Positions 40,721 to 50,067 of a stretch of DNA of 64,000 nucleotides are shown here, one piece after another. Position 1 is the stretch's first letter. Each line of letters starts with the position of its first letter. The DNA lies in assembly GCA_963809895.1 (NCBI GenBank), contig CAWELD010000003.1, forward strand, positions 1,760,001 through 1,824,000, written 5' to 3'. The notes beneath the pieces are model-generated. The model saw nothing but the letters and a program-made list of their open reading frames with translations, was not told the DNA's origin and did no database searches. The DNA is from an uncultured Gemmatimonadales bacterium (GTDB lineage Bacteria > Gemmatimonadota > Gemmatimonadetes > Longimicrobiales > Gaopeijiaceae). The translations under genes and the position numbers were made by a program.

Positions 40721-41446
40721 TCAGAACCGAACCGAGAGTCCCGCGGTGACCGCGAAACCACCGAGGTCGATTTTTCCGAATTTACCGAAGTCGCCGCCCA
40801 GGTCGGCACGGCTCCAGGCGTAGCGCGCTTCGCCGCTGAGCACGAAGCGCGGTCCCACCGAGACGTCGGCGCCCGCGAACAGCTGCCCCAGGGGCGCGCT
40901 GCCGCTGGCGCGCAGGTCGTCGGTGAAGATGTCGTGTGGGGGGTTGTAGTCCACCCAATCGCCGTTCTGCTCGAATGAATACCACATGACGCCCAGTCCC
41001 GCTCCCACATAGGGCGCCACGGCCGCGGGAACCCAGGCGAAGCGGCTCACCGCACGGCCCGGCGCCGTCAGATACTGCTTCGCGCTCACCGAGAAGGACC
41101 GTCGGAAGAAGGTGGTCTCCTGCTCGATGGGGAGATCGTTGGTGTCGACCCAGTAGCGGAACTCGGACTGCGTCGTGCTGCGGTCCAGGTCGAGGTTCAC
41201 GGCCACATCGAGGCGGTCCGTGGCCCGGACACCGAGCACCAGACCCCACGAGGCCGTGTTGAAGTCACCCCGGCTCAACGTGAGCGAATCCGTCACGAAG
41301 TCGAAGATGCGACCGTCGGCCTTCGGCATGGCGTAACCGAGCCGCACCCCAAGCGACACCCGGGGCTCGCGGAACAGGAAATCGGGATCCTGCTGGGCCG
41401 CCAGACCTGCGGGAAGCAGGGGAAGCACCAGGGCAGCGATAGCCAT
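40721..41446 (-). CDS. Outer-membrane beta-barrel protein
   Basis: Signal-peptide-like start, PYVGAGLG, alternating beta pattern, C-terminal GLSVRF. True start may be ATG 41478 (GGAGG RBS) if a G is missing at 41447-41450. Confidence 0.85.
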   Translation of the reverse strand: MAIAALVLPLLPAGLAAQQDPDFLFREPRVSLGVRLGYAMPKADGRIFDFVTDSLTLSRGDFNTASWGLVLGVRATDRLDVAVNLDLDRSTTQSEFRYWVDTNDLPIEQETTFFRRSFSVSAKQYLTAPGRAVSRFAWVPAAVAPYVGAGLGVMWYSFEQNGDWVDYNPPHDIFTDDLRASGSAPLGQLFAGADVSVGPRFVLSGEARYAWSRADLGGDFGKFGKIDLGGFAVTAGLSVRF

Positions 41447-41562
41447 CCCCGAAGCAGGGAGCCGTCGTGGCGATTCATGCGGCCTCCGGACTCCGACACG
41501 TACAGGCGCGCCCCGGCTGGCCGCGCCCGGGTCCAGTGGACCCTTCTGTACTACGCCTCAGC

Positions 41563-41577
41563 GCAAGCGGTGTGCCA
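41563..41577 (-). promoter_or_regulatory. Sigma-54 promoter (TGGCACACCGCTTGC) of the barrel + YG-rich protein operon
   Basis: Exact TGGCAC-N5-TTGC consensus. Confidence 0.85.
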
Positions 41578-41696
41578 GGCGCCTCGGCCCCTGAGGACGC
41601 CGCGTAGCGCGTCGTCCGGGCCCCTCCAGTCCCGCGTGCCGGACAAGGCGTGTCCCCGTGAGGTGACACGGGCCGGCAGCGCATGTGGACGCGGGT

Positions 41697-42446
41697 CTAC
41701 CCGGGCCTGCGCCCCAGCAGGAGGTGCGAGGAGCCCACGGGATTCCGCCATCCGCGGCGCAGCCAGTGGCGCTCCAGGGCGAAGACGCCTTCCAGGACGC
41801 GGTTCAGCGGCGCCGGCGGCACGCGTACCTGCAACGTGTCGGCGCCTTCGGGCCGGAGGCGGCGCCGCACCTTGCGGTCGAGGACGAACAGGGGGAGCAG
41901 GAGCGCGTTCAGGGGCGACGAGAACACGACGTCGAAGCCCACCTCTCCGACCCGGGCCTCCAGGTCGGCGACGCGGTAGCGGCGGCAGTGGCCGTTGGCC
42001 TCGTCCCACTCGCTCCACAGGCCGGGGTGTGCCGGCACCGTGACCAGCAGATGGCCGCCAGGCGCGCACGCGCGCGCCAGGCTCGCCAGCGCGGAGCGGT
42101 CGTCGGAGATGTGCTCCAGAACGTCCAGCGCGGTGATGACATGGTAATGGGCCTCGGGCAGGTCCGCGTCCGCGACCTCACCCTCCAGCACCCGCAACGC
42201 CGGATCGTCCCGCAACCACCGCAGCGCCTCGGGCGCAGACTCCAGGGCGTCCACCCGTCCGAAGCGGGTGAGGGCGTGGGTCATGAAGCCGGTGCCCGCA
42301 CCGACGTCCAGGACACGACGACCCCCGGGATGTTCGGCCTCCCCGAGCCGAGCCTCCAGAACGGCGGTGACGATGCGCCGGCGTGCCCGGAACCACCAGT
42401 GCCTGGATTCGACGTCCGCGAGGTTCCGGTAGAGGTCCGGCCTCAA
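41697..42446 (-). CDS. Class I SAM-dependent methyltransferase (type associated with glycosylation loci)
   Basis: ESRHWWFRARR, VLDVGAGTG, LDVLEHISDD, LVTVPA..LWS..DEANGHCRRY; TTG start overlapping the GT2 stop. Confidence 0.88.
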   Translation of the reverse strand: MRPDLYRNLADVESRHWWFRARRRIVTAVLEARLGEAEHPGGRRVLDVGAGTGFMTHALTRFGRVDALESAPEALRWLRDDPALRVLEGEVADADLPEAHYHVITALDVLEHISDDRSALASLARACAPGGHLLVTVPAHPGLWSEWDEANGHCRRYRVADLEARVGEVGFDVVFSSPLNALLLPLFVLDRKVRRRLRPEGADTLQVRVPPAPLNRVLEGVFALERHWLRRGWRNPVGSSHLLLGRRPG

Positions 42447-43381
42447 TCCCCACGCTCCGGAGCCTCGTCCACCCCCATGCCTCCGCTGGCCTGGATCAGG
42501 TAGAGCGGCCGCTGCTGGGTCTCGGTGTAGATGCGTCCCACGTACTCGCCGATGCTCCCCAGCATGAGGATCTGCACGCCGCCCAGGAAGAACATCCCGG
42601 TCACGAGAAAGGCGTATCCCGGAATCGGAATCCCCAGAAAGAGCTTCTGGAAGACCACCACGGCGATGGCGAGGACGCTGAACCCGGTCACCGCCAGGCC
42701 GGCCAGGGAGACCACACGGAGCGGGAAGGCGCTGAACGCCGTGACGGCATCGACGGCCAGCACGGTGAGCCTCCACACGCCGTAGTTCGTCTCGCCGGCG
42801 TTGCGGGCATCACGATCGTATTCCACCGCCGTAGCGGGAAAGCCGGTCCACGCCACCATCCCCCGCACGAAGCGGTTGCGCTCCGGCATGTGGAGCAGGG
42901 CGTCCACCACGCTGCGCGCCATGAGCCGGAAGTCGCCCGTGTCGGTGGGGAACGGGAAGCTCACCAGCCGGGACATGAGCCGATAGAAGAGGGCGCTGGT
43001 GGCCCGTTTGAAGACGGGCTCCCCGGCCCGGCGGCGACGCCGGCCGTAGACGATGTCGTACCCCGCGCGCCAGAGCTCCACCATGGCCGGCAGCACCTCC
43101 GGTGGATCCTGCAGGTCGGCGTCCATGAGCACCACCGCCTGCCCCCGGGCGTGGGCCAGGCCCGCGGTGCTGGCGGCCTCGTGCCCGAAGTTCCGCGAGA
43201 ACGCCAGGAAGCGCACGCGGGGATCATGGCGTCGGGCGGCCCGGATCCGCTCCAGGGTGCGGTCGGTGCTGCCATCGTCCACCAGGACCACCTCGACCTC
43301 GGGCGCGAGCTCCTCCAGTACCGGCAGCAGGCGCTGGAGAAGCGGGTCGATGTTGTCCTCTTCGTTGTGGCACGGCACCAC
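42443..43381 (-). CDS. GT2 polyprenol-phosphate glycosyltransferase (GtrB/ArnC-like) with two C-terminal TM helices
   Basis: VVPCHNEE, VDDGSTD, FSRNFGHE, MDADLQDPP, TGDFRLM, IGEYVGRIY; start uncertain. Confidence 0.93.
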   Translation of the reverse strand: MVPCHNEEDNIDPLLQRLLPVLEELAPEVEVVLVDDGSTDRTLERIRAARRHDPRVRFLAFSRNFGHEAASTAGLAHARGQAVVLMDADLQDPPEVLPAMVELWRAGYDIVYGRRRRRAGEPVFKRATSALFYRLMSRLVSFPFPTDTGDFRLMARSVVDALLHMPERNRFVRGMVAWTGFPATAVEYDRDARNAGETNYGVWRLTVLAVDAVTAFSAFPLRVVSLAGLAVTGFSVLAIAVVVFQKLFLGIPIPGYAFLVTGMFFLGGVQILMLGSIGEYVGRIYTETQQRPLYLIQASGGMGVDEAPERGD

Positions 43382-43584
43382 GACCGAGAGGCTGGCCAGA
43401 GGCTCGCCCCGTGGCGAGACGTCCGGTTGCGCGCTGCTGGAGTCGATGGGTGGCCTCCGCGACGGTGGGTCGGCTCGACGCGGGCCAAGGTAGCGCGCCG
43501 GTTGCGGGTCGGGTAGACTCGCTCCGTCCGTGTGCCCCTACCCCGAGGTCGCCCATCTCCACGCCGCCGGATCGCCGCCAGAGG

Positions 43585-45684
43585 GTGGCTCGGATCGCCG
43601 CCTGGGTCCTGCCCGCGCTGCTCGCCCTCTTCTTCGTCTGGATCCTGAACCCGGTCCTGCTCACCCTGCGGACCACTCCCACGGGCTACGATCTGGGCGC
43701 CCATCTGGTGCCGCTCCGGGAAGCCATCACCCGCCTCCTGCCCACGGGACGGCTCCACGGCTGGAGCCACGGGTGGTTCGCCGGCTACCCGCTCTACTAC
43801 TTCTACTTCCCCCTGCCGGCGCTCCTCACGGGCCTGCTGAGCACGGTCCTCTCCTTCGAGGTGGCGACGAAGCTCATGTCGGTCGCGGGCATCGTGCTGT
43901 TGCCCTTCGGCGCCCTCGCGCTCGCTCGTGGACTGGGGCTGGCCGGGTGGAAGGCGGGGCTGCTGGCCGTGGCCACCGCCGCCATGGGGCTCATGCAGAG
44001 CAACCTGCACCTGGGCGGAAATCTCACCTCCACGCTGGCCGGCGAGTTCAGCTACGGTCTGTCGTTCACCCTGTCGCTGGTCTACCTGGGGCTCGTGCTG
44101 CGCGCGGCCGACCGGGAGCGGGCACCCAGCCGCGGGGTCCTCGCCGGCATCGTGCTGGCGCTGGTGGCGCTGTCGCACGTCATCACGACCTTTGCCGTGG
44201 TGGTGGCCAGCGCACCCCTGCTCGCGCAGCGGCGAGCGCGGCGTCCCGTGCTGGTGTCCTGGGGATTGGGGTTCGCCCTGGCCGGCTGGTGGACGGTGCC
44301 CTTCCTGCTCCGCTGGCCCTACCTCCCGCACTACGTGTGGGACTTTCCCCGGTCGCTGGCCGAGGTGGTGCCGCTCGAGCTGCTCCCGCTCTTTCCGGTG
44401 GCGGGCGTGGGGGCGTGGCTGCTCGCCCGGCGCCGCCCCTGGGCGCTGGCGGTGCTGGCCGGGGCGATGGTGGCGGCGCTGGGCTTCTACCTGCACCCCG
44501 TGTCCAGCGCGTTTCCGGGCCGGGTCCTGCCCTACTGGTTCCTCGCGGTCCACGTGCTGGCCGGATGGGCTGGAATCGTGGCGCTGGAGACCTGGCTCAC
44601 GCATCGCCACACACCCCGCCGGGCGCTGGTGGGCCTGGTCGGCGCCGGCGCCGTGGCGGTGGCGTTCGCGCTGGTGGAAGGGGCTCGCGACACCCGTCCG
44701 CTCCGGGAGTGGGCCCAGTGGAACTACTCGGGGTTCGAGGCCAAGGAGGCGCCCTGGGACCTGGTGCGCTCCCTGGGTGAGCTGCCCCCGGGCCGGATCG
44801 ACTGGGAGGACAATGCCGCGCTCCTCTCCTACGGCACCCCGCACGCCTTCACCCTGCTCCCCTACTGGACCTCCCACGCCGTGCTCGGAGGACTGCTCAT
44901 CGAGTCCAGCCTGACCGGACCCTTCTACCTGCGTATCCGGGACGAGACCAGCCCCGGGCGCGCCACGCGTCGCGAGCTCGTGCTGCCGACGCCCCATCCC
45001 ACGGACTACGCGAGGGGGTTCCGGCACCTGGCCCTGTTCGGCGTGCCCTGGTACGTGGCGATCTCGCCCGAAGCCAGGACCGGAGCGCGCGCCGTGCCGG
45101 GGGTGGAGGAGGTGCTCGACCTGCCGACGGCCTCCGTCTTCCACATCCCGGATGCGGAGCTGGTCACCGTGGCCGCGCGTGAGCCCGTGGTGCTCGAGAG
45201 CGGGGACTTCATGGAGGAGGCCATCGCCTGGTTCGACGGTGGCGGGCGCGAAGGGGGGCCGCTCCTGGCTCGCGACGGGCCGTCCGAGTGGGTCCGGGTG
45301 GCCAACGCCGACGAGGCGCTGGCTCGATCCGAGACCGCCACACCGGGGGGCTCCGTGCCCGGCGGCGCGGTCTCGGCCGTCACGCTGGGCCCGGAGGCGG
45401 TGAGCTTCCACACCACGGCGGTGGGGCGCCCCCACCTGGTGAAGGTCTCGTACTTCCCCAACTGGCGGGCCGAGGGCGCGGACGGCCCCTGGTGGGTCGC
45501 GCCCTCGCTCATGCTGGTGGTGCCCACGAGCGAAGACGTCCGCCTCGTGTTCCGGCCCACCTGGGTGGAGCGGTTGGGTCTGGGACTGACGGTGGCGGGC
45601 GTTCTGGTGTTGGCGGGTGCCGGGACCCTCGCCCTCCGTGCAGGGGGGCGAGGGCCGAGACGGCGGTCTACATACCCTTCATGA
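43585..45684 (+). CDS. Multi-TM GT-C-like protein (PTPS-related membrane domain family)
   Basis: TPTGYDLGAH, GWSHGWFAGYPLYYFYFPLP, TLAGEFSY, WNYSGFE, VKVSYFPNW; start uncertain (ORF opens at 43411). Confidence 0.8.
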   Translation: MARIAAWVLPALLALFFVWILNPVLLTLRTTPTGYDLGAHLVPLREAITRLLPTGRLHGWSHGWFAGYPLYYFYFPLPALLTGLLSTVLSFEVATKLMSVAGIVLLPFGALALARGLGLAGWKAGLLAVATAAMGLMQSNLHLGGNLTSTLAGEFSYGLSFTLSLVYLGLVLRAADRERAPSRGVLAGIVLALVALSHVITTFAVVVASAPLLAQRRARRPVLVSWGLGFALAGWWTVPFLLRWPYLPHYVWDFPRSLAEVVPLELLPLFPVAGVGAWLLARRRPWALAVLAGAMVAALGFYLHPVSSAFPGRVLPYWFLAVHVLAGWAGIVALETWLTHRHTPRRALVGLVGAGAVAVAFALVEGARDTRPLREWAQWNYSGFEAKEAPWDLVRSLGELPPGRIDWEDNAALLSYGTPHAFTLLPYWTSHAVLGGLLIESSLTGPFYLRIRDETSPGRATRRELVLPTPHPTDYARGFRHLALFGVPWYVAISPEARTGARAVPGVEEVLDLPTASVFHIPDAELVTVAAREPVVLESGDFMEEAIAWFDGGGREGGPLLARDGPSEWVRVANADEALARSETATPGGSVPGGAVSAVTLGPEAVSFHTTAVGRPHLVKVSYFPNWRAEGADGPWWVAPSLMLVVPTSEDVRLVFRPTWVERLGLGLTVAGVLVLAGAGTLALRAGGRGPRRRSTYPS

Positions 45685-46114
45685 GTTGTCCTCGTACCGC
45701 TCCGCCCGGGAACGCCGCGTTGTGCACGTTCACGTAGAACAGCTGCGGGCTCTGCCGGAGTTCCTTGATGAGTTCCGCATCCGCGTCGACGCAGCCGTCC
45801 GCGGTGCCACCCACCGGCGCCGACAGCGCTACCACGGGTGGGCCGTCCTGACCCTCTGAGCCGCGATGGATGTGGGCGGCGGTGGGTGACTCCACCCCGG
45901 TCACTTCGAGGTCGTAGCACACCTGGTTCTGGCCCTGATTGAGGCGGATTGTGGCCGTGCCGCTGGCCCCCTGGGCACCGCCCTGGGTCTCGGCCTCACC
46001 GGTGAGTTGGGCCATGAGCGGGCGTCCGCTGTCGTCCTGAGCCCGCACCGGACTCGCAACCGCGAGCGCACCGGTCAGGAGGAGAGTGGCGACGCCGATT
46101 GGGAGGGTCTTCAT
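45668..46114 (-). CDS. Secreted CHRD-domain protein
   Basis: Signal peptide; AAHIHRG, YVNVHNAAFPGGAVRGQL. Confidence 0.92.
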   Translation of the reverse strand: MKTLPIGVATLLLTGALAVASPVRAQDDSGRPLMAQLTGEAETQGGAQGASGTATIRLNQGQNQVCYDLEVTGVESPTAAHIHRGSEGQDGPPVVALSAPVGGTADGCVDADAELIKELRQSPQLFYVNVHNAAFPGGAVRGQLMKGM

Positions 46115-46192
46115 CTCTGTCTCTCCATGTCTGGGGGGATCTGTGTGCCGCAGCGTTCCGGCAACGGTCGGGACGCCACTTCCACCATCGCA

Positions 46193-46208
46193 TGCAAGGT
46201 CGGGGCCG
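46193..46208 (-). promoter_or_regulatory. Putative sigma-54 promoter (CGGCCCCGACCTTGCA) for the CHRD gene
   Basis: GG-N10-GC with TTGCA -12 element. Confidence 0.55.
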
Positions 46209-46273
46209 GGACATTCCGGGCGCCCCGGGCGTATGAACGAGCGAAGATCCCCACGCCCTGCTCCGGAGGCCTC

Positions 46274-46651
46274 ATGTCGCACGAACCCTACCCCACGGCC
46301 AGTCGCGAAGAGGACAAGTACTTCCACCGCAAGGAGGTGGAGCGGCGCATGGAGCGCGCACGCAAGCGCGAGGCGCGGCGTGACGACGAGGAGCGCAAGC
46401 ACCTGAGAGAGCTCCATCACGACCACTGCCCGGAGTGCGGCGCCGGGCTGGAGCGCCTCACCGTACAGGAGGGCGAGGTGCGTCAGTGTCCGGTGTGCCG
46501 CGGCGTGTGGATGGACGAAGAGCTGTTCGGACATCTCACCCATCCGGAACAGGAGAAGGTCGGGTACCTGACCCGGATTTTCCGCCAGCTCATCCTGGAG
46601 TGGACGCTGGGGGATCTTCCCGACGAGACCGCCCCCGGCAAGGGACGCTGA
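46274..46651 (+). CDS. Small charged-helix + zinc-ribbon (zf-TFIIB-like) protein
   Basis: GGAGG RBS; EEDKYF helix; CPECG...CPVCRGVWMDEE. Confidence 0.85.
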   Translation: MSHEPYPTASREEDKYFHRKEVERRMERARKREARRDDEERKHLRELHHDHCPECGAGLERLTVQEGEVRQCPVCRGVWMDEELFGHLTHPEQEKVGYLTRIFRQLILEWTLGDLPDETAPGKGR

Positions 46652-46658
46652 GCGGATC

Positions 46659-49307
46659 TCAGCCGCCCGCCGCTTCCTGCTCGGCCCGGAAGTGGGCGGC
46701 CTGGTCCGGCTCCCCGAGAGCCTCGTAGACCTCCACGAGGTCGGTGCGAGCCGACGTGAGCCAGCTCACCGAGGGGGTGGATTGGGCCGCGACGATGTCG
46801 TATCCCGCCCGGGATTCGGCCTCCGCCTCGCGGTAGCGGCCCTGGCGTAGCAGCACGCGGCCCAGCTTGATGCGGGCGATCCCGGCATGGAGGCTGTTGG
46901 CCGGAAGCGTCGCGGCGAACTGCTCGAGGGCCTGACGGAAGAGCGGCTCGGCGGCGCGGTAGTCCTCGGCCTGCAGATACGTGCTGGCCAGGTTCGCCAG
47001 CGCGATGCCGATGAGGTAGTGGTGCTCACCGTAGACCTGACGGTAGATGGCGAGCATGCGCTGGAAGTCGGCCCGCGCCGTCTCGATGTCGTCAGCCTGA
47101 AGCGCCGTCACCGCCAGATCGTTCAGCGTGGAGGCCACCGCCGGATGCACCGGGCCGTAGACGCGCTCCTGGATCGCCAGGCTCCGCCTGAGCAGGCCCG
47201 CCGCCTCGTCCGTGCGGCCCTGGTAGGCGAGGGCACGACCCAGCATGGTCAGGTTCGACGCGGTCTGATAGTGGTCCGATCCGAAGTAGGGCTCGATGAT
47301 GGCCAGCGCCTGGCGGTAGAGCCTCTCGGCCTCGTCGTAGCGGCCGCGCTGAAACTGGATCGCGCCGAGGTTGATGAGGATGTCGGCGACGAAGGGATGG
47401 CCTTCGCCGTAGGTGCGGCGGTCCATGGCCAACACCATGCGGTTCAGGGTGTCCGACGCCTCGTAGTCCCCGGCGTTGAACTGCGTGTTGGCCAGCTCCG
47501 TGAGTGCCGACGACAGGTCCGGGCCGTCGGGATCCAGCAGCCGCTGGGCCGCCACGGCCTCTTCCAGCGTGCGGACGGCGGCATCGTACTCCCCCCGCTC
47601 GCTCTGGACGTGGCCGAGGGCGATCTGAGCACGGATCAGGTCCTGGCTGCCGGCCGGGAACACGCGCCGTCCGAGCGCCAGTCCCGCGCGCACCAGGCTG
47701 TCCGCCTCGTCGAGGCGTGCCTCGTCGGCGCGCAGCAGCGCGAGGTCCACGAGGCTCCGCGCCACGTCCGGGTGTTCCGGTCCCTGCGCACGGCGCTGCG
47801 CCAACGCCGTCTCGAGAAGGGAGTCGGCCCGCGGAAAGTTGCCCAGCTTCTGATAGATCCCGCCCAGCGTGCCGTAGAGCTCGGCCTGGGTCTCGGGCTC
47901 GCGGTCCAGCAACCTGGCCTGGCGCACACCGCGGTCCACCAACGTCACCACCCGCAGGCTGTCGGCGGGCCCGGCATCGTCGGCACCGCCGTCGAAGAGG
48001 CTCAACGTGAAGTCCTGGATGCGGCGGGTGCGGGCGGCTTCGGCCACGGCGGCGTCGCGCGCCGCCGCCAGGCGGATCGTGTAGAACGTCACCAGCGTCA
48101 CCAGCGCCACCAGGGCCGCCGTGGCCGCCGACAGCGTCACCCAGTGTCTGCGAACGAACTTCCCCACCCGGTACCCGACGCTGTCCGGACGCGCCTCCAG
48201 GGGCTCGCCGGCCAGGAAGTGGTCCAGATCGCGAATCAGCGCGTCGACGGTGACGTAGCGGCGGGCCGGCTCCTTGTGCATGGCCGTCAGGCACAGCACG
48301 TCCAGGTCCGCCCACGCCGCGCGCCCCACCCGGCCCAGGCGGTGCACGCCTTCGTGCGGCGCCCCCTCGTGGCGGGCCAGCGCCGAGGGTCGGGGAGGCT
48401 CCCGGTCCAGGATCATGGCTTCCATCTGGCCCGGCGTCCGCCGCGACAGGTCGAAGGGCAGGCGGTCGGTGAGGAGCTCGTAGAGGATGACGCCCAGCGA
48501 GTAGATGTCCGTGTAGACGCCCACGGGATCTCCCCGCACCAGCTCCGGCGCCGCGTATGCCGGCGTCATGAGGCGGAGCGCCGTGCGCGTCTGATCGGCG
48601 GGATCCTCGAGCTCCTCCATCTGCTTGGCGATGCCGAAGTCCAGGAGCTTCACCGCGCCGCTGGGAGTCACCAGGATGTTCGACGGCTTCAGGTCGCGGT
48701 GGACCACGGCCTCGGCGTGGGCGAAGCGCGCGGCCTCGCACACGGTACGGAAGAGCTGGAGACGGTCCCGCAACGACAGGTCCCGCTCCCGACAGTACTC
48801 CGTGAGCGGCTCGCCCTCCACGTATTCCATGACGAAGTAGGGCGTCCCGTCCGGCATGGTGTCCGCGTCGTAGAGACGGCCGATGGCGGGATGCGACAGC
48901 TGCGCCAGCGTGCGTTGCTCGGCGGCGAAGCGTTCACGCCGCGCCGGCGACAGCGACGCGTCGCGGAGCATCTTGATGGCGACCCGTTGACCGAGATCGT
49001 CGCGCACAGCCAGGTAGACGATCCCCATGCCGCCCTCACCGAGTACGCGCAGGACGCGATACGGTCCGACCCGCACCGGGCTGGGCAGGGGGACGTCCAG
49101 CACTTCCCGCGCGACGACGGCCAGATCCTGGTCCACCACGGACTCCCCCCCGGCATCCTCCTCCAGCAGAGCCATGACCTGCTCGCCCAGCTCGGGGTCG
49201 GCCCCGCAGCGGTCGGCGATGAAGTCGGCCCGCTCGCTCTCCGGCCGCTCCAGCGCCGCATGGAAGAGGGCCTGGATGCGCACCCAGCGCTGGGCATCCA
49301 GGTTCAC
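46659..49307 (-). CDS. Membrane Ser/Thr protein kinase with extracytoplasmic TPR repeats
   Basis: LGEGGMGIVY, VAIK, HRDLKPSN, DFG, YAAPE; single TM helix; many TPRs. Confidence 0.95.
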   Translation of the reverse strand: MNLDAQRWVRIQALFHAALERPESERADFIADRCGADPELGEQVMALLEEDAGGESVVDQDLAVVAREVLDVPLPSPVRVGPYRVLRVLGEGGMGIVYLAVRDDLGQRVAIKMLRDASLSPARRERFAAEQRTLAQLSHPAIGRLYDADTMPDGTPYFVMEYVEGEPLTEYCRERDLSLRDRLQLFRTVCEAARFAHAEAVVHRDLKPSNILVTPSGAVKLLDFGIAKQMEELEDPADQTRTALRLMTPAYAAPELVRGDPVGVYTDIYSLGVILYELLTDRLPFDLSRRTPGQMEAMILDREPPRPSALARHEGAPHEGVHRLGRVGRAAWADLDVLCLTAMHKEPARRYVTVDALIRDLDHFLAGEPLEARPDSVGYRVGKFVRRHWVTLSAATAALVALVTLVTFYTIRLAAARDAAVAEAARTRRIQDFTLSLFDGGADDAGPADSLRVVTLVDRGVRQARLLDREPETQAELYGTLGGIYQKLGNFPRADSLLETALAQRRAQGPEHPDVARSLVDLALLRADEARLDEADSLVRAGLALGRRVFPAGSQDLIRAQIALGHVQSERGEYDAAVRTLEEAVAAQRLLDPDGPDLSSALTELANTQFNAGDYEASDTLNRMVLAMDRRTYGEGHPFVADILINLGAIQFQRGRYDEAERLYRQALAIIEPYFGSDHYQTASNLTMLGRALAYQGRTDEAAGLLRRSLAIQERVYGPVHPAVASTLNDLAVTALQADDIETARADFQRMLAIYRQVYGEHHYLIGIALANLASTYLQAEDYRAAEPLFRQALEQFAATLPANSLHAGIARIKLGRVLLRQGRYREAEAESRAGYDIVAAQSTPSVSWLTSARTDLVEVYEALGEPDQAAHFRAEQEAAGG

Positions 49308-49308
49308 C

Positions 49309-49833
49309 TCATCCCCCCCGGGGCCGGAGCCTCAGCGCGAGCCAGGCTCGGGCCGCTCGCCAGTCCCGCAGCAGCGTGGACTCGGATACGTCCAGGAGCT
49401 CGGCGGTCTCGGCCAGGCTCAATCCCCCGAAGAACCGGTACTCCACCATGCGTGCCTGTCTCGGATCGAGCTCGGACAGCTCGGCCAGGGCGGCGTCCAA
49501 CGCCAGGAGCTCCTCGGAGCCGTCCACCACGGCGTCCAACGACTCGTCCAGCGTGACCAGCGGCACGCCTCCCCCACGCTTGGAGGCGTTCCGGCGGCGG
49601 GCCGCCTCCACCAGGACCTGACGCATGGCACGGGCCGCGATGCGCTTGAAATGGAGCCGCGATGCGGGCGCCATGCGCAGCGACCCCGCCAGCTTGAGAT
49701 AGGCTTCGTTGACGAGCGCCGTGGGATTCAGCGTCTCGCTGGGGTCGCCACGGCCGACGGACGAGGCGAGCCGGCGCAACTCCTCGTACGTGCTGCTGAA
49801 GAGCTGGTCGAGCTCCGCCTGATCGAGGTCCAT
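49309..49833 (-). CDS. ECF sigma factor of the Ser/Thr-kinase-associated type
   Basis: YEELRRLA, TLNPTALVNEAYLKL, AMRQVLVEAARRR, RFFGGLS, RDWRAARAWL; start uncertain. Confidence 0.92.
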   Translation of the reverse strand: MDLDQAELDQLFSSTYEELRRLASSVGRGDPSETLNPTALVNEAYLKLAGSLRMAPASRLHFKRIAARAMRQVLVEAARRRNASKRGGGVPLVTLDESLDAVVDGSEELLALDAALAELSELDPRQARMVEYRFFGGLSLAETAELLDVSESTLLRDWRAARAWLALRLRPRGG

Positions 49834-50067
49834 GGGGGTCGCCTTGCCCATGCCGTGGGGAGGGATGGCAGAACGGGCCCAATCTCCCATGGGAGCGAAC
49901 CGCGGGCAAGAAGATCATGCCGGACCGGGACAAGGGAATCGTGGCGTCGGTGACCCCGACCCACTCGTCTGCAATGCGCAGAGTGCACCGCCCACCCGTC
50001 ACGCACAGGGGGGACGGGCTGGTTCCGCCCGCCCCCCCTTCCCTACCGGACCCACGACGCTGCCAGG

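Noticed and set aside
42961..45435. 824-aa minus-strand ORF
   Set aside because: Antisense to the GT-C-like membrane gene; Arg/Gly/Pro-rich shadow composition.
46887..49556. 889-aa plus-strand ORF
   Set aside because: Antisense shadow of the Ser/Thr kinase.
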